A stretch of 64,000 bases of DNA from the human T2T-CHM13v2.0 reference genome, Homo sapiens, in the NCBI RefSeq assembly GCF_009914755.1, contig NC_060944.1, one strand, 5' to 3'. The position numbers and the translations under genes are program-made. Positions within the stretch are counted from its first letter, which is position 1. Each line of letters begins with the position of its first letter. Positions 15,085 to 32,565 of this stretch are shown here, piece by piece. Under the pieces are notes generated by a model. The model worked only from the letters and a program-made list of their open reading frames with translations, did not search any database and was not told the origin of the DNA.

Positions 15085-15249
15085 CATTCTAGCTTATGGT
15101 TCAGGCTCCATCTCATGGTTCGAAATTTTCAGCTCCAGTAAAAACTCCAAGTGGTCATATAGACTTTAATTAAAGAATTAAAATAACTCACATTAGATTT
15201 TGTCATCATTTAATTAGTGGACTATTATGGCTGATATTGGATCAACTGT

Positions 15250-15322
15250 TTATTTTTATTTTATTTTTTTGAGACAAGGTCTCACTCTCTGTTGCCCAGG
15301 CTGGAGTGCAGTGGCGCAATCT
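15250..15322 (-). mobile_element. Alu 3' fragment
   Basis: Poly-T plus 'gagacaaggtctcactc...gtggcgcaatctc'. Confidence 0.85.
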
Positions 15323-16579
15323 CCAGAAGCTAATGTAACATATGTGGAAGCATTTTGTAAACTGTAAGTGCAGTACAAATATTACTAGAGTTAACAGTAA
15401 TAACTGTGCAGATGCAATGCATTTGGTCACAATAATGGACCAGAAAAATCAGAGAGAAAAAGGAAGGTAGTTGTTTATGCGGGTGTTAACAACCTGGACA
15501 AAATGCCACAGCCAAATTCAACAGCACCAATATTATGTTACCAAAATGGAGCCTGTGAAGACAGCCAAATGGGGTGACCACACCTCCCAGTGCCAGGCAG
15601 CCAGCTGCCAGAGACACATTTCAGCTCAGTCATGCTGAGGCAACTGTGCCATTGCAGAGAAATGGCCATGATATTCACCAGCCCCTGGAAACCCAGCAGC
15701 CCCCAAACACTTCCCCAGAGCTAGCTTATACCAGGTTGTTGGCAGAGGACAGAAATGAGAGAGACAAGCGACCACATGGCTGCCCAAGGAGGTGCCTGCT
15801 GGGACACAGGCACTAAATACGAGGTGTTCTGGAAAATCCACGACCCCCTACTCCATTGAGGGAGACAAATAAAGAGCATAAAGCTGCTCTTTGCAAAAGC
15901 ATATTTAGTGAACACATAGAATTTAGGCTAGATGTTTCTATTTTTTTCTCTTGTTTTCTTTCATTTACAAAAGAAACACATGGCCCCTAAAGCCACTCTT
16001 CTCTGCCTACTCATGAGTAATGGGTAGAGGGAGAGTTATTTAGCTGGAATGAGGTACAAAGAGAGGCTGACACAACGAGAACAAGAGTTAGAGGCCACAG
16101 ACTCCTCACAGCTGACCTGGGGAGCATCCTGACAACCCTGGAAGGGACCCCTCCTGGAAGGTCACACAAGCCACCCTTCCATCCAGCACTAGAGTGGCCT
16201 TGTAGCCTCTGCTTTGCATGCCTCCCAGGACAGGACAGTCACTGCTGCTGGAAACAGCTGTGGACATCTCTGATGGTGAAAAAGGTGGACTGTTGGCCAA
16301 GCCCTTCACACTGCCCATGTCTCCATATTCAAGCCACAGCTGTGGCTGGGAATGCCTTGCAGAAGCACCATGCAACCCATCCTCCCCAAATGAAATTGAG
16401 CCCCCGATGTGGTCCCTGCCCTTGTTTACAGCATGCACAGCTGTCTGTGTTTTAGCCTATTTTATTACTCTTCCTCACCCCCACTTAACTGTGAGCTCTT
16501 TGAAGACACAAACAGTTTTCTCCTTGATGCCTGATCAAAATAGATACTTCAAAATCCTTTTGTTAAAAACGCAATTCTA

Positions 16580-17188
<609 letters not shown>

Positions 17189-17392
17189 CGCAATTCTATA
17201 ACATCATTACCCAAGCTCCCTCTGCCCTCCAGCTTCTGGGCTAGGCACAACCTCACAGAGCATCAGCCACCTGGCCCCTCTCATGCCCTCACCCCAACTG
17301 CAATTCCCAGCTTCACTCCACCCCTAGAGAAACTAAGCTCAAAGCAATGGCTTTAGGATCTCAGGGCAGCTTTCTAATCCAATCCTCTGTTG

Positions 17393-17574
17393 CTGTGGTT
17401 CTCAAACTTGATGTATCAGGATACTCTGAAAGACTTAAGACACAGATTTTTGGACCCACCCTCCAAGTTTCTAATTCAGTGGGTCTGAGGTAGGTCTTAA
17501 GAGTTTGCACTTCTAATACATTCGCTGGCGATGCTAATGTTGCTGGTCCAGGGCTCATATTTTGAGAACCACGG
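17393..17574. mobile_element. MER5A (hAT-Charlie MITE)
   Basis: Termini 'gtggttctcaaa...tttgagaaccac'. Confidence 0.85.
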
Positions 17575-17817
17575 TACCACAGTGCTACATTGAGGTCAGT
17601 CCTTGAAAGACATTCCCAGCCACAGGAACAGCTTGAGTGGAGGCAGAGGCAGCATAGAGGCTTGGGTGACATCTGCCTTTTCTCACCATTCAAGATGTCT
17701 GCAAGCTGCTTTAAGCAGCATTGAGCACCCAAGGCACACGAGCAGAGGCTACCAGACCATATCACACACGCACAGCTTCTCTGCTCACGGTTTATCTAAC
17801 CTCTGTTTATACATCTC

Positions 17818-18255
17818 TGTCTTAGTCCATCTTTTGTGAGCGTTGCTATAAAGAAATACCTGAGGCTGGGTAATGCATAAAGAAATAAAGTTAGTTTGGC
17901 TCACAGTTCTGCAGGCTGTACAAGAAGCATGGCGCCAACAATCTGCTTGGCTTCTGGTGAGGGCTTCGGGCTGCGTCCACTCGTGGTAGAAGGCAAAGGA
18001 GATCTGGTGTGTGCAGAGAATACATGGCCAGAGAGAGGGAGCAAGGGAGAAGGTGCCGGGCTCTTTTCAACAGCCAGCTCTCATTGGAACTAATAGAGCA
18101 AGAACACACTCACCACAGCCCCCAGGGAAATCATTAGTCTATCCATGAGGGATCTGCCCCCATGACCTGAACACCTCCCATTAGGCCCCACCTCCAATAC
18201 TGGGGGTCAAATTACAACATGGAACTTAGAAGGAACAAATATCCAAACCATAGCA
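17818..18255 (-). mobile_element. MaLR MSTB-like solo LTR
   Basis: 'tgtcttagtcc...ggctcacagttctgcaggctgtacaagaagcatggcgcca...atccaaaccatagca'. Confidence 0.85.
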
Positions 18256-18345
18256 ACCTTCTTCAACAAGATATTCACAACTTGTCCAGTTAGACTGGCC
18301 AATCTTCAGTTATTTCTTATATTGAGTGACTGCTCACCTCCTGCC

Positions 18346-18468
18346 TAGGGTTGCCAGATAAAACACAAGATGCCTAGTTAAATTTGAATCTCACATCAAT
18401 AATGGATAATTTTTTGGTATGTCTCATGCAAATATGGTTATTTTCATTTGCTAAACCTGGCAACCCAA
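18346..18468. mobile_element. MER53-like hAT element
   Basis: TIRs 'tagggttgccag' and 'ctggcaaccc'. Confidence 0.75.
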
Positions 18469-19179
18469 CATTCCTACCCATGAAGTCTCCAGGTGCTTGA
18501 GCCAAGTTCCTGCCAATACTGAAGCAGCCAGGTGAGCCTCAAGTTCAGAGGAAGCTAGGTCTTCTGCATCACAGAACCAATTTAGCCAAAGCCAAGAGCA
18601 AAAAGAGTCAGTCTCAGGAAACACACTTTGTTAGAGCTGCACTAAGCTCAGGTCTTACAGCTAGTCCAGGGCTGGGGCTGTGGCAAGAAAATGACTTCCA
18701 CTTGGGCTTCCCAGGTGTGGGGGTCCTTGCCTTGAAGCAGATTTGCGCTGGAATCCTATCATATGGTCAATACCTGGTCATCCATCCATACCCACACCAT
18801 AGGGGAATGTTAGAGCCAGGGCTAAAACCCACTTCTTCTGATTCCTGTGCTAACAAGTTTTCTCTAATGCAAGAATCATTTCCTAAGAGGTAACCCCAGG
18901 ATCCTAGTATAGGTGCTAAGTGGTGGAGGAATCTTTCTGCACAAACCTTGTCATTGCAAACTCCAAACTCTACGGGTCAGAAGAGTCCTGCTCACTTCAC
19001 GTTGTACCCCTTAGATGCCATCTGGCCCAGCCACCTCATAGGAGACCAGAGAGGTGAAAGGGCTTGCCCAATCTCCAATCCAAGTTGACAGCAGAGCTGG
19101 ACAAAAATCTACATCTACTGACAGCTCAGACCTTGTCCACCCTGCCAGGATCTCTTCCAATTAAAAGGAACTACTGTTA

Positions 19180-20100
19180 ACTTAAAACCACAGAGATGTA
19201 CCATTTTTCTCCCACGGAACTAGCAACAATGAAAAATTCTGACAATATCAAGTGTTGGAGAAGAGGTGGAGAAAACTGTATTCTCCTCTACTGCTGGTGG
19301 GAATGGAAATCACAAGGGCAAACTTGCAGAGCATTCAGCAATACCTAGTAAAATGGGAAGTGCATATATACAATGTAACAATTCCACTCCAGCTTCAGGC
19401 CCCCACAGCAACTCTCCCACATGAGCCCAGTGAGATCTAGGGCAAGGATGCTGACGGCAGCATTATTTGTTATGGTGAAAAATTAGAAACAAACTACGCA
19501 ACAAGACAGAAATGAGAAACAAAATGTGGTCTATTCACATGATAGAACACCTTGCATAGTTACTAGGTTGGTGGGAAAGGAATTGCCATTTTTGCCATTG
19601 AAAGTAATGCCATTGAAAGTAATGGCAAAAATGGCAATTCCTTTTGCACCAACCTAATAGAAAGAATGGATTAGAGCTAAATGTATCACTAACAACAGTG
19701 GGTGAAAGTGTCCTTATGTGAAAAACCAAGCTGCAAAGAGACCAGAGCAAATTTGTGTAAATGTGGAAAAGCACCCCCACAAACAATACCATACATTTAT
19801 TATTCATAATACATTACATATGTATACACAAAATACAAAAGCTTCCCAAAAAAAAGTATTTTTAAAAGGCACAGTTATTCATGAAAGTCATGATAGTGGT
19901 TGGCTCTGGAAAGGGACAAAGATTAAACCTTAAGGGTGCCCCTCAAGGGGTGCTTCAATGTCTTCTGTAATGTTTTATCTCTTTTATTAAAAATATACTT
20001 GAAGAAAATATAACAAAAGGTTCATAGTTATCATCCCAGTGGTGGGGATGCAAATTTGTTACTTTTGTATTTTTCTTTTAACTTCTCAAAGAAAAATAAA
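19180..20100 (+). mobile_element. Degenerate L1ME-type 3' region
   Basis: 'tctgacaatatcaagtgttggag', 'gcagcattatttgtt...aattagaaacaa'. Confidence 0.6.
19563..19657. mobile_element. MADE1 (Hsmar1-derived MITE) with a 15-bp internal duplication
   Basis: TA flanks; 36-bp inverted arms 'taggttggtg...' / '...caccaaccta'; 95 bp = 80 + 15. Confidence 0.93.
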
Positions 20101-20675
20101 GCGGCTATTCTGAGGCACTGATCTCTGGGGCCCCCAGAACCTACATGACTAATGAAATGTGTTTCTCGGATTTCAATAATTCATCGCCTGAGCAGGGGCG
20201 TGGGTGTGGGAAAAGTTCCATCCTTAAGGGAGTGCGGAAGAATGTATCCAATCAGGCTAAAATCTCCCTTCCTCCATCCTGACTAGAAATGACCTTGGGT
20301 CTGACTGGAAAGGTAGAGGGTTTAATGCACCGGATGCTTCTCCCCATCTATTTTAGAAAGGTGGAAAGGAACTCACCTAGTTCAATAATTCATCAGAACC
20401 TAAGCATGATGGGATGGAGAACCTTCCAGAGTCATGGGCTGTGAGTCCAGCAACAACCCTCCATGACCACTCACTGGCTGGTTTAAGGTGAAGGACTCAT
20501 CCCGAGGGTGGTAAGAGACATAATCCCATCGGTGCAAGAGGCAAAACCTAAATGCACGCACAAACCACATGTGGATCCTGCTGAAATGCTAATCCTGAGT
20601 GAGTAGGTCTGGGAGAGGGAAGGCAGGCAGGGGTAGGGGGAGTGCTGAGATGTCACTTTTCTGTCAGGATCACAG

Positions 20676-21179
<504 letters not shown>

Positions 21180-21803
21180 TTACAACTTGATCACAGAGGT
21201 GTGCACAAATGTCAAATCTCATCACACTTAAAATCTCTGCATTTTATTGTATGTAAATACCACCTTAGCAAAAAAATATCCTGAAACAAAACAAATCAAG
21301 CCTGGTCCACCAACTCCCTCTGAAGGCTAACCTAGATCTTGGCATCTTGTTACCCACTGATTGGGCTGGAGTAAACAGTCCCTAGTGACCCACCCAACCG
21401 TAGGGAAGAAGAAATGGAACCCGAATATCCAACCTGGGTGCACTCCCTTTATACACATCGCAGCCACATCCGCTAGTGAACATGCCCCCACTGCAGGGCC
21501 TTGGATTTGCCCCACTTAGTAAACTCTTCCTTCTTTGCAGGGGGAAACCTAGAACTCAGGTGGGCAGAGGGGTGCTTTTCTTCTCCCCTCAACAGAGGTC
21601 ATCTTAAAAGGGCAGAGTAGCTACTGAGAGAGAGGCTGTGTGGCCAAGGGAAGTGTCACCAAACCTGTCCTTGTTAACGTCCCTTTTCTGCCTTTCGAGT
21701 GGCTCCAGCCCTTCCCGTGCTGAGCTTAGCCTCTGTTTCCCCTCTGGGAATCATCCCACCTAGAATATAAGTTAACTTGAATACTAGGCTGTCTCTCCCA
21801 GCT

Positions 21804-22085
21804 TTTTTATTTTCTTTTTTCTTTTTTGAGATGGGGTCTCACTCTGTCACCCAGGCTGACATGCAGTTGCATGATCTCGGCTCACTGCAACCTCTGCTTC
21901 CCAGGTTCAAGCAATTCTCACGCCTCAGCCTCCCAAGAAGCTGGGATATAGGCGTGCATCACCACACCTGGCTAATTTTTGTATTTTTAGTAGAAATGGG
22001 GTTTCACCACATTGCCCCGGCTGGTCCCAAACCCCTGACCTGAGGTGATCTGCCCGCCTCAGCCTCCCAAATTGCTGGGATTAGA
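21804..22085 (-). mobile_element. AluS flanked by a 33-bp direct repeat
   Basis: Alu body; repeats at 21771-21803 and 22092-22124. Confidence 0.92.
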
Positions 22086-22165
22086 CCACAGGTTAATTTC
22101 AATACAAGGCTGTCTCTCCCAGCTCTGATTCCTCTCTGGTCCCTTGTTCCCCAGTACTCTGCAAC

Positions 22166-22342
22166 CAGTGGCTTGCAAACCTTATTGCGCAACACAATTT
22201 GCTGGAAAACCTGTCAGAGCTGTGTCCCACCCCAAGTTTCTGATTCAGGAGGCTTGAGTGGAGCCTGAGAATCTGCATTTCTAACAAGTTCCCAGGTGAC
22301 ACTGCTGCTGCTGGCCCCAGGGATGTGCTTTGAAAACCATCA
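22166..22342. mobile_element. MER5A
   Basis: 'gagaatctgcatttctaacaagttcccaggtga...tttgaaaaccat'. Confidence 0.8.
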
Positions 22343-23083
22343 CGTTAGACTTTCAACAAACATTTGCTAAATGGATCAAGGAACAGAACTACAAGTAGAG
22401 TCAGTTCAGAGCTCCTGTCTTGGTTCTGGAGCTCGCTCAGAGATCAACTTTTTAAGTAAAGCTTTCTTCCTAAGACACAGCATACTCATTTTTTAAAACA
22501 AGGATAATAATGCCAACCCCACAGGGTTATAGTAGGGATCCAGGGAAGTCTTTCTGAGAACCTATTAGAACCCACCTCTGCCTAGAAGCCCTCCAAATCC
22601 ATGACCCTCCCAAAATCCATGAGGGTTTAGTTCCCTCTGGAATCCTCCAGCCATAACCGCTGGAAGAACACTTAGATGCAAACTACCTTCTATGGGAGGG
22701 TATATACATTCCCCCTAAACACATCTGTGTTCGGACCTTGTGCTACATCCCAGAGCTTCCGAGGTGGGGAAGACAGTCATTCCCAGGCTGGTGGGGAGAC
22801 AGATATGGGAAGATGCATTTGATACACACAATGGTTATCAATGCAGGAACAAAGAACAGAGCTCAGAGTCACCAACTCTCCTGAAGAGGATTCCGGAAAG
22901 GCTTCCTGTAGGTGGTGATGCATGAGCCAAGGACTGAAGGATGAGCAGGAGTCTGTCAAGAGCACAAGACACCCTGCTTCCTTGAGTGGCCCATAATTGA
23001 TTCAGCTTGGGAACTTGACTGGCCCTGTCCTTTCGAGCTCAGATCCATGCACACACCACGTGCTCAAAAATGTGTCATCATTT

Positions 23084-23378
<295 letters not shown>

Positions 23379-23854
23379 TCATCATTGGATTAACAGACCC
23401 AGCTTCTTCATTGCCTCCCAGGAATGATGCCTTGTCTGACCCATGGCCTGAGAAACCAAAAAAAAAAAAAAGACCATTCAATAGATTGCCCTACTCTGAT
23501 GAATAAGACCTACGTTTGTTGAGACAGCAAAGCAGGAAATCCTTTCCTATGTGCAAATGGTGCAGTCTCCCATTAAAGCAAAGGCAAAGGGGATGAGGCT
23601 CCCCTATTCACGTTGAGGCTTTGCCTCTAGTTCAGCCACCATCTGGCTGCCACCTGTCCCTTTAGGCCACCTGAACCATTGGTCCACAGTCATCAGTTCC
23701 CTGAAGCCTGGGATCCCAAACAGCTCTTACACTGTCTCAGAAAACAAAACAAAACAAAACCAAAAAACTCATAAACCCTTCTCCAGCACCCAGTTCCTGA
23801 AGAAAGCCAGGGGCCAGGGAGACAGGAGGGAGAGAGAATCTTTTCTGCAATCAG

Positions 23855-24580
23855 GCAGATTGACCTGAGTTTAAATCCTAGCAGTACCTTGTATAAGCCA
23901 CGTGACCTGAGGCCAGTTATTCACCCACTGGGTCTCAGCTTCCACATCTATGAAATGAGCATAAAACTGCTCACTTCTCAAGAGTGTGGCGATGATTAAA
24001 CGAGGGCAGGTGAGTGGAGAGCCCGGCTCCCAGGTGTACAGCCCATGGGATTTGGCGGCACAGAGGGACCCACATGTGGAGAGACGATGTTGGCTGGACA
24101 GCACTCCTCCTGGCTTCCATCCCCCGCCCTTGTGCAGAGCGCGGGAAGTAGGAGTGTGAAGGCCTGAGTCCTCTCTGCAGTTCTCTTGGTGACTCAGCCT
24201 CGGGCAGTAAGCTCAGAAATACCACGCGCCCAGCCTGTTCTGGTGACATTTCAAATACAGAGCGTCTCTCACATCCCCTCCCAGGCTGTCTGGTCAGTAT
24301 CCATTACTCCAGAACTGGGGCGGGTTGTGCATTTCTATTTCCTTTTCAAGGGTCCTTCTTCCCATCTCACCCGGAGATAGCACTTACAGTTGATGGAGTG
24401 CTGTCCTATGGCTAACTTTATTTAATCCTCCCAGCAACCTTGCCGAAGAGGAAACTAACACTCCAAGGGGCCAAACCAACTGCACAAGATCACCCAGCTG
24501 GTCAGTGGCAGAGCCGGGATTTGAACTCAGAACTTCCTGGCTCACCTGCCTCGCTTTTTGCACTCACCCATTTACCATGC
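23855..24580. mobile_element. Two MIR fragments (~23855-24010 +, ~24380-24580 -)
   Basis: 'tctcagcttccacatctatgaaatgag'; 'cccagctggtcagtggcagagccgggatttgaactcag'. Confidence 0.6.
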
Positions 24581-24836
24581 AAACAGGGACAAAGTGAGGC
24601 CACGGTTCCCTCGGCCTTCGGACCCACTCTCAGCGTCAAACAAGAGCTGGGCCAGACAGGGGGAAATGCACTGGAACTCTCTGGCACCTACCTGACCACC
24701 CTCAGACAGGCAGCAGTGCAGCCCAGCTGGTGGGGCCAGGTCCTCATCCACAGGCAAGGCAGAACCTCCCCAAAGATTCTGACTGCCAGCTGGGCCTCCA
24801 TTTCGGCCTCTGGTCACGGGCCAATCCTTCATAGGG

Positions 24837-25087
24837 TGTAACCAACTGGAGGCCTGTGAAGGGCACCTAGGGGTGTTGCCGGCTTCTTCCTAGCTTAATA
24901 AAAATCCTAATTGAGGAGGCTCTTAAGCCACTTGCTCAAGCCCACTCCCACTCTGAATTGTCTTCAATAAATCTGTGCTTTCGTTACTGTTTTTCCGTTG
25001 CTTTTCATTGCCTCATTCGTTACTTTGTGCATTGTGTTGAATTCTTTGTTCAACCTGCTAAGAACCTGGACAACCCTCTCCGGTATA
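24837..25087 (+). mobile_element. ERV1 MER4-group LTR fragment (MER41/MER57/LTR39-like end)
   Basis: 'caataaatctgtgctttcg...aattctttgttcaa...aagaacctggacaaccctctccggt'. Confidence 0.65.
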
Positions 25088-25390
25088 AAAGCTTCCTACA
25101 GAGCCTCCCCAGACAGAGCCTGACCTCAGCACCAGGGGCTGCCTACAGTACAGCTCCTCTGGTCACTGTCCCTCCTCATCCCACCAGGTGTCCCTCAGGA
25201 CTAATTGACAGACACACCTGGCTTTGCACCTCAGCCAGACCTCTAGCATGAAGGAGATACCCGAGGGGCCAAGAACTGAATCTACACACTGTCCTTGCCT
25301 CCCAGCTTTCCCCAGCCTGACTCACCATCCACCACCCTTTCCCTCCCAGACCTCTTCCCTGTGTTCTTTGGAAACACTTTTAAATTTTAA

Positions 25391-25686
<296 letters not shown>

Positions 25687-26063
25687 GAACCCATCTTTTA
25701 AGTGAACAAACTCACCCCCATGCTTCACCACGTCCCCAGACAAAGCATCTGTACCTTCTGTCTCAACTGAAGGTCTCTGCCCCCACCAAAACCCCACTTC
25801 TTATGCAGCCTCATTCAGCCGGAACTACTCCTCTCTGCACCCCCTACCTCAACCCTCTATAAGCACGTACCTTAAGGTCCAAATTTGCAGTAAGCATCCT
25901 CTTTGCTCCTCACTGCTAACTGGGCCTGGCTTCCTTGCCTCAGGTGAAACTAGCTCTTCAAGCCTGCGTCTCCCATCCTCATCCCCATCCTTCTTCCTGA
26001 AGAGCCTCCCTCTACCCCAGGCTCTGTCCCTTTCTCCACCCTAAGCAAGCCCTGGCAGCTTCT

Positions 26064-26290
26064 AGGGCCGGGATTCTCCACCTTGCCTCTACTGACATTG
26101 TGAGCCAGCTCATTCCTGTGGTGGGGGCTGTTCTGTGCCCTGGAGGATGCCTAGCAGCATCCCTGGCCTCTACTCACAAGATGCCAGCAACACTACACAC
26201 ACCCCTCAGTCGCGACCACCAAAAATGTCTCCAGACCTTGTCCAATGTCCTACAGGGGTACAAAGTCACCCTTGGTAGAGAGTCACTGGT
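26064..26290 (+). mobile_element. MER20
   Basis: 'agcagcatccctggcctctactcacaagatgccagca...ccaaaaatgtctccagac'. Confidence 0.85.
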
Positions 26291-27094
26291 CTGGAGCAAC
26301 ATCAGCATCCTCTGGACCCCAAGTCCAGTGCCTTTGACCTCCCGACCCCAGCGACAGTCACTTCACTCGGCTCCAGCCCTCTCCCGGTGCAGCCCTCTGC
26401 CTTCTCCACGCCCCAGGCTGCCAGGAAGCAGATGAAAGAGTGAAACCGCATCCATGCAGACTAGGCTTCGGGGCCAAGCTTTAACCCACTCCACTCGGCC
26501 TTCAGCCAGTCTGACACCTTCATAGCACTACCCCCAATCTGTAATTGAATTGTAATTTTTTACGATTCAATTACCACTTCCTTCTGCCCGTTGTCTTTTC
26601 TGCCTCCTCCACTGGGCTATAAATTCCATGAGGGCAGGAACTTTACTGATTTCTTCATGGTTTTATTCCTTACACTAGTGAAAGGTCTGGCACAGAAGAC
26701 ATTTATGGAGAGAGGGAAGAAAGAGAGAAAGGAAGGAAGGGAAAAAAGAAGGAAAGACAGAAAGAAGGGAGAAAAGAAAAATTTTTTGGAGGAAAGAAAA
26801 CTTTGTAGAAGAGGAGAGGTATTAATCAGATGAAGCAACAACAAGAGTCAAGCATAACATGCATGTCACGGAATAACCCGCAGCTAATGAAAGGGACAGT
26901 GTACAAGTATCTCTAGAGTCACTGACATGCAAATATTCCTAATAACACTGACTATATGCTCATCTGCATTTATACCCAAAGAAATATCTAAAAGCATGCC
27001 CACCAAATGGTCAAAGATTTTTGTCTCTGGTAAAAGTGAGATTTCTTTTTTACTTCCATTTCCTACAATCAGCATGTATTACCTTTCCAAACTT

Positions 27095-27630
27095 AAAATA
27101 GCTACCATTCACCCAGCAATCCCATTACTGGGTATATACCCAAAGGAAAATAAATCATTCTAACAAAAAGACACATGCACTCCTATGTTCATTGCTGTAT
27201 TATTCACAATAGCAAAGACAGGCAATCAACCTAGATGTCCATCAATGATAGACTGGATAAAGAAAATGTGGTACATATATACCATGGAATACAGCCATAA
27301 AAAAGCATGAAATCATGTCCTTTGCAGCAACGTGGATGCAGTTGGAGGCCATAATCCTAAGCAACTTAACGCAAAACAGAAAACCAAATACCACATGTTC
27401 TCACTTGTAAGTGAAAGTGAAGCATTGAGCACACATGGACATAAATATGGGAATAATAAGACACTGGGGACTACCAGAGGGAGGAAGGAGTGGGGCTTGG
27501 GTTTAAAAAACTACCTATCAGATACTATGCTCACTACCTGGATGAGAGGATCTGTACCCTAAACCTCAGCATCATACAATATTCCCATGTAACCAACCTG
27601 TACATGTACCCCCTGCATCTAAAAGTTGAA
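27095..27630 (+). mobile_element. L1 (L1PB/L1MA-type) 3' end
   Basis: 'cccagcaatcccattactgggtatatacccaaagg...aacctgtacatgtacccc'. Confidence 0.85.
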
Positions 27631-27926
27631 TTTTTTTTTTCTTTTTGAGATGGAGTCTCGCTCTGTCACCTAGGCTGGAGTGCAGTGGCTCAATCTCAGC
27701 TCACTGCAACCTCCGCCTCCCTGGTTTCAAGCGTTTCTCCTGTATCAGCCACCCGAGTAGCTGGGATTACAGGCACCCATCAGCACACCCAGCTGATTTT
27801 TGTATTTTTCGTAGAGATGGGGTTTCACCATGTCGGCCAGGCTGGTGTCGAACTCCTGACCTCAAGTGATCCTCCTGCCTCAGGCTCCCAAAGTGCTGGA
27901 ATTACAGGCGTGAGCCACTGCGCTTG
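27631..27926 (-). mobile_element. AluS inserted in the L1 tail
   Basis: TSD 'ctaaaagttgaa' on both sides. Confidence 0.93.
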
Positions 27927-28399
27927 ACCTAAAAGTTGAAATTTTTATAGTTGCACTAAAATAGTCCAGGATGTGTTTGACGGCCTTCTACTTTGCCCAT
28001 TTAGCTTCTGCAAGCTCTTGTTTAGCAGGGAACAGTTATCTCTTAACACATGGTTAAATCTCTAAGTTGATCATAAATCTCTCATTTTCAAAAAAAAAAA
28101 AAAAGTCCTTCTAAACAAAAATTTATAAATCATGTTTTTGAAGAATATATTTTAAGATGGGAAAATTCTCACTATAAAAAATTAGGTGAAAAGTGAGATA
28201 CACAAAGAAGGTGCATATTATACATAATACATATCACAATTAAAGCAATATTTTAGATTTTATGTGGAAAGTGCTAAAAAGACCAGAAAGAAATCCAGCC
28301 CATGTCAACAACAGCAGTTCTGAGGGGTGGAGGGGCAGGGATGAGATCACTTTGCCATTTCTCTTCTATACTTGTCTTTATTTTCCAAATCTTCTAGAG

Positions 28400-28732
28400 C
28401 AGGGGTCCCCAACCCCTGGGTGACAGACTGGTACCGGTCCATGGCCTGTTAGGAACTGGACTGCACAGCAGTTGAGAGAGAGCATTACTGCCTGAGCTCC
28501 GCCTCCTGTCAGCTCAGTGCTGGCATTAGATTCTCAGAGGAGCGTGAACCCTACTGTGAACTGTGCATGCGAGGGATCTAGGTTGCAAGCTCGTTAGGAG
28601 AATCTAACTAATGCCTGATGATCTAAGGTGGAACAGTTCCATCCTAACTTGCTCACCCCTACCCCACCCATCCGTGGAAATATTGTCTTCCACAAAACTG
28701 GTTCCTGGTGCCAAAAATGTTGGGGACCCCTG
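28400..28732 (+). mobile_element. MER1B (hAT-Charlie)
   Basis: TIRs 'caggggtccccaac' / 'gttggggacccctg'; NTCTAG-type target flanks. Confidence 0.9.
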
Positions 28733-28740
28733 GTCTAGGT

Positions 28741-28896
28741 CAGCACCATCCAATTTTGCAGTAAGTAGCCACAAGCCTCCCACAGCTATAGACACTTGAA
28801 ATGTTAGCAAATAGGACCAAGGACCTGAAATTTTTATTTTACTTTATTTAAATTTAAATAGCCTCACATGCCTAGTGGCTACTGTACTTAAGAATA
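28741..28896. mobile_element. MER3-like element, interrupted at its end by L1
   Basis: 'atttaaatagcctcacatgcctagtggctactgtac'. Confidence 0.7.
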
Positions 28897-28897
28897 G

Positions 28898-32565
<3,668 letters not shown>

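Noticed and set aside
21440-21490. Minus-strand TATAAA plus a p53 half-site (GAACATGCCC)
   Set aside because: Isolated short motifs, no second p53 half-site and no supporting exon structure.
23855-24015. Exonised MIR ending at CAG|GTGAGT (24009/24010)
   Set aside because: The donor is strong but the acceptor is mediocre, and nothing links it to other exons.
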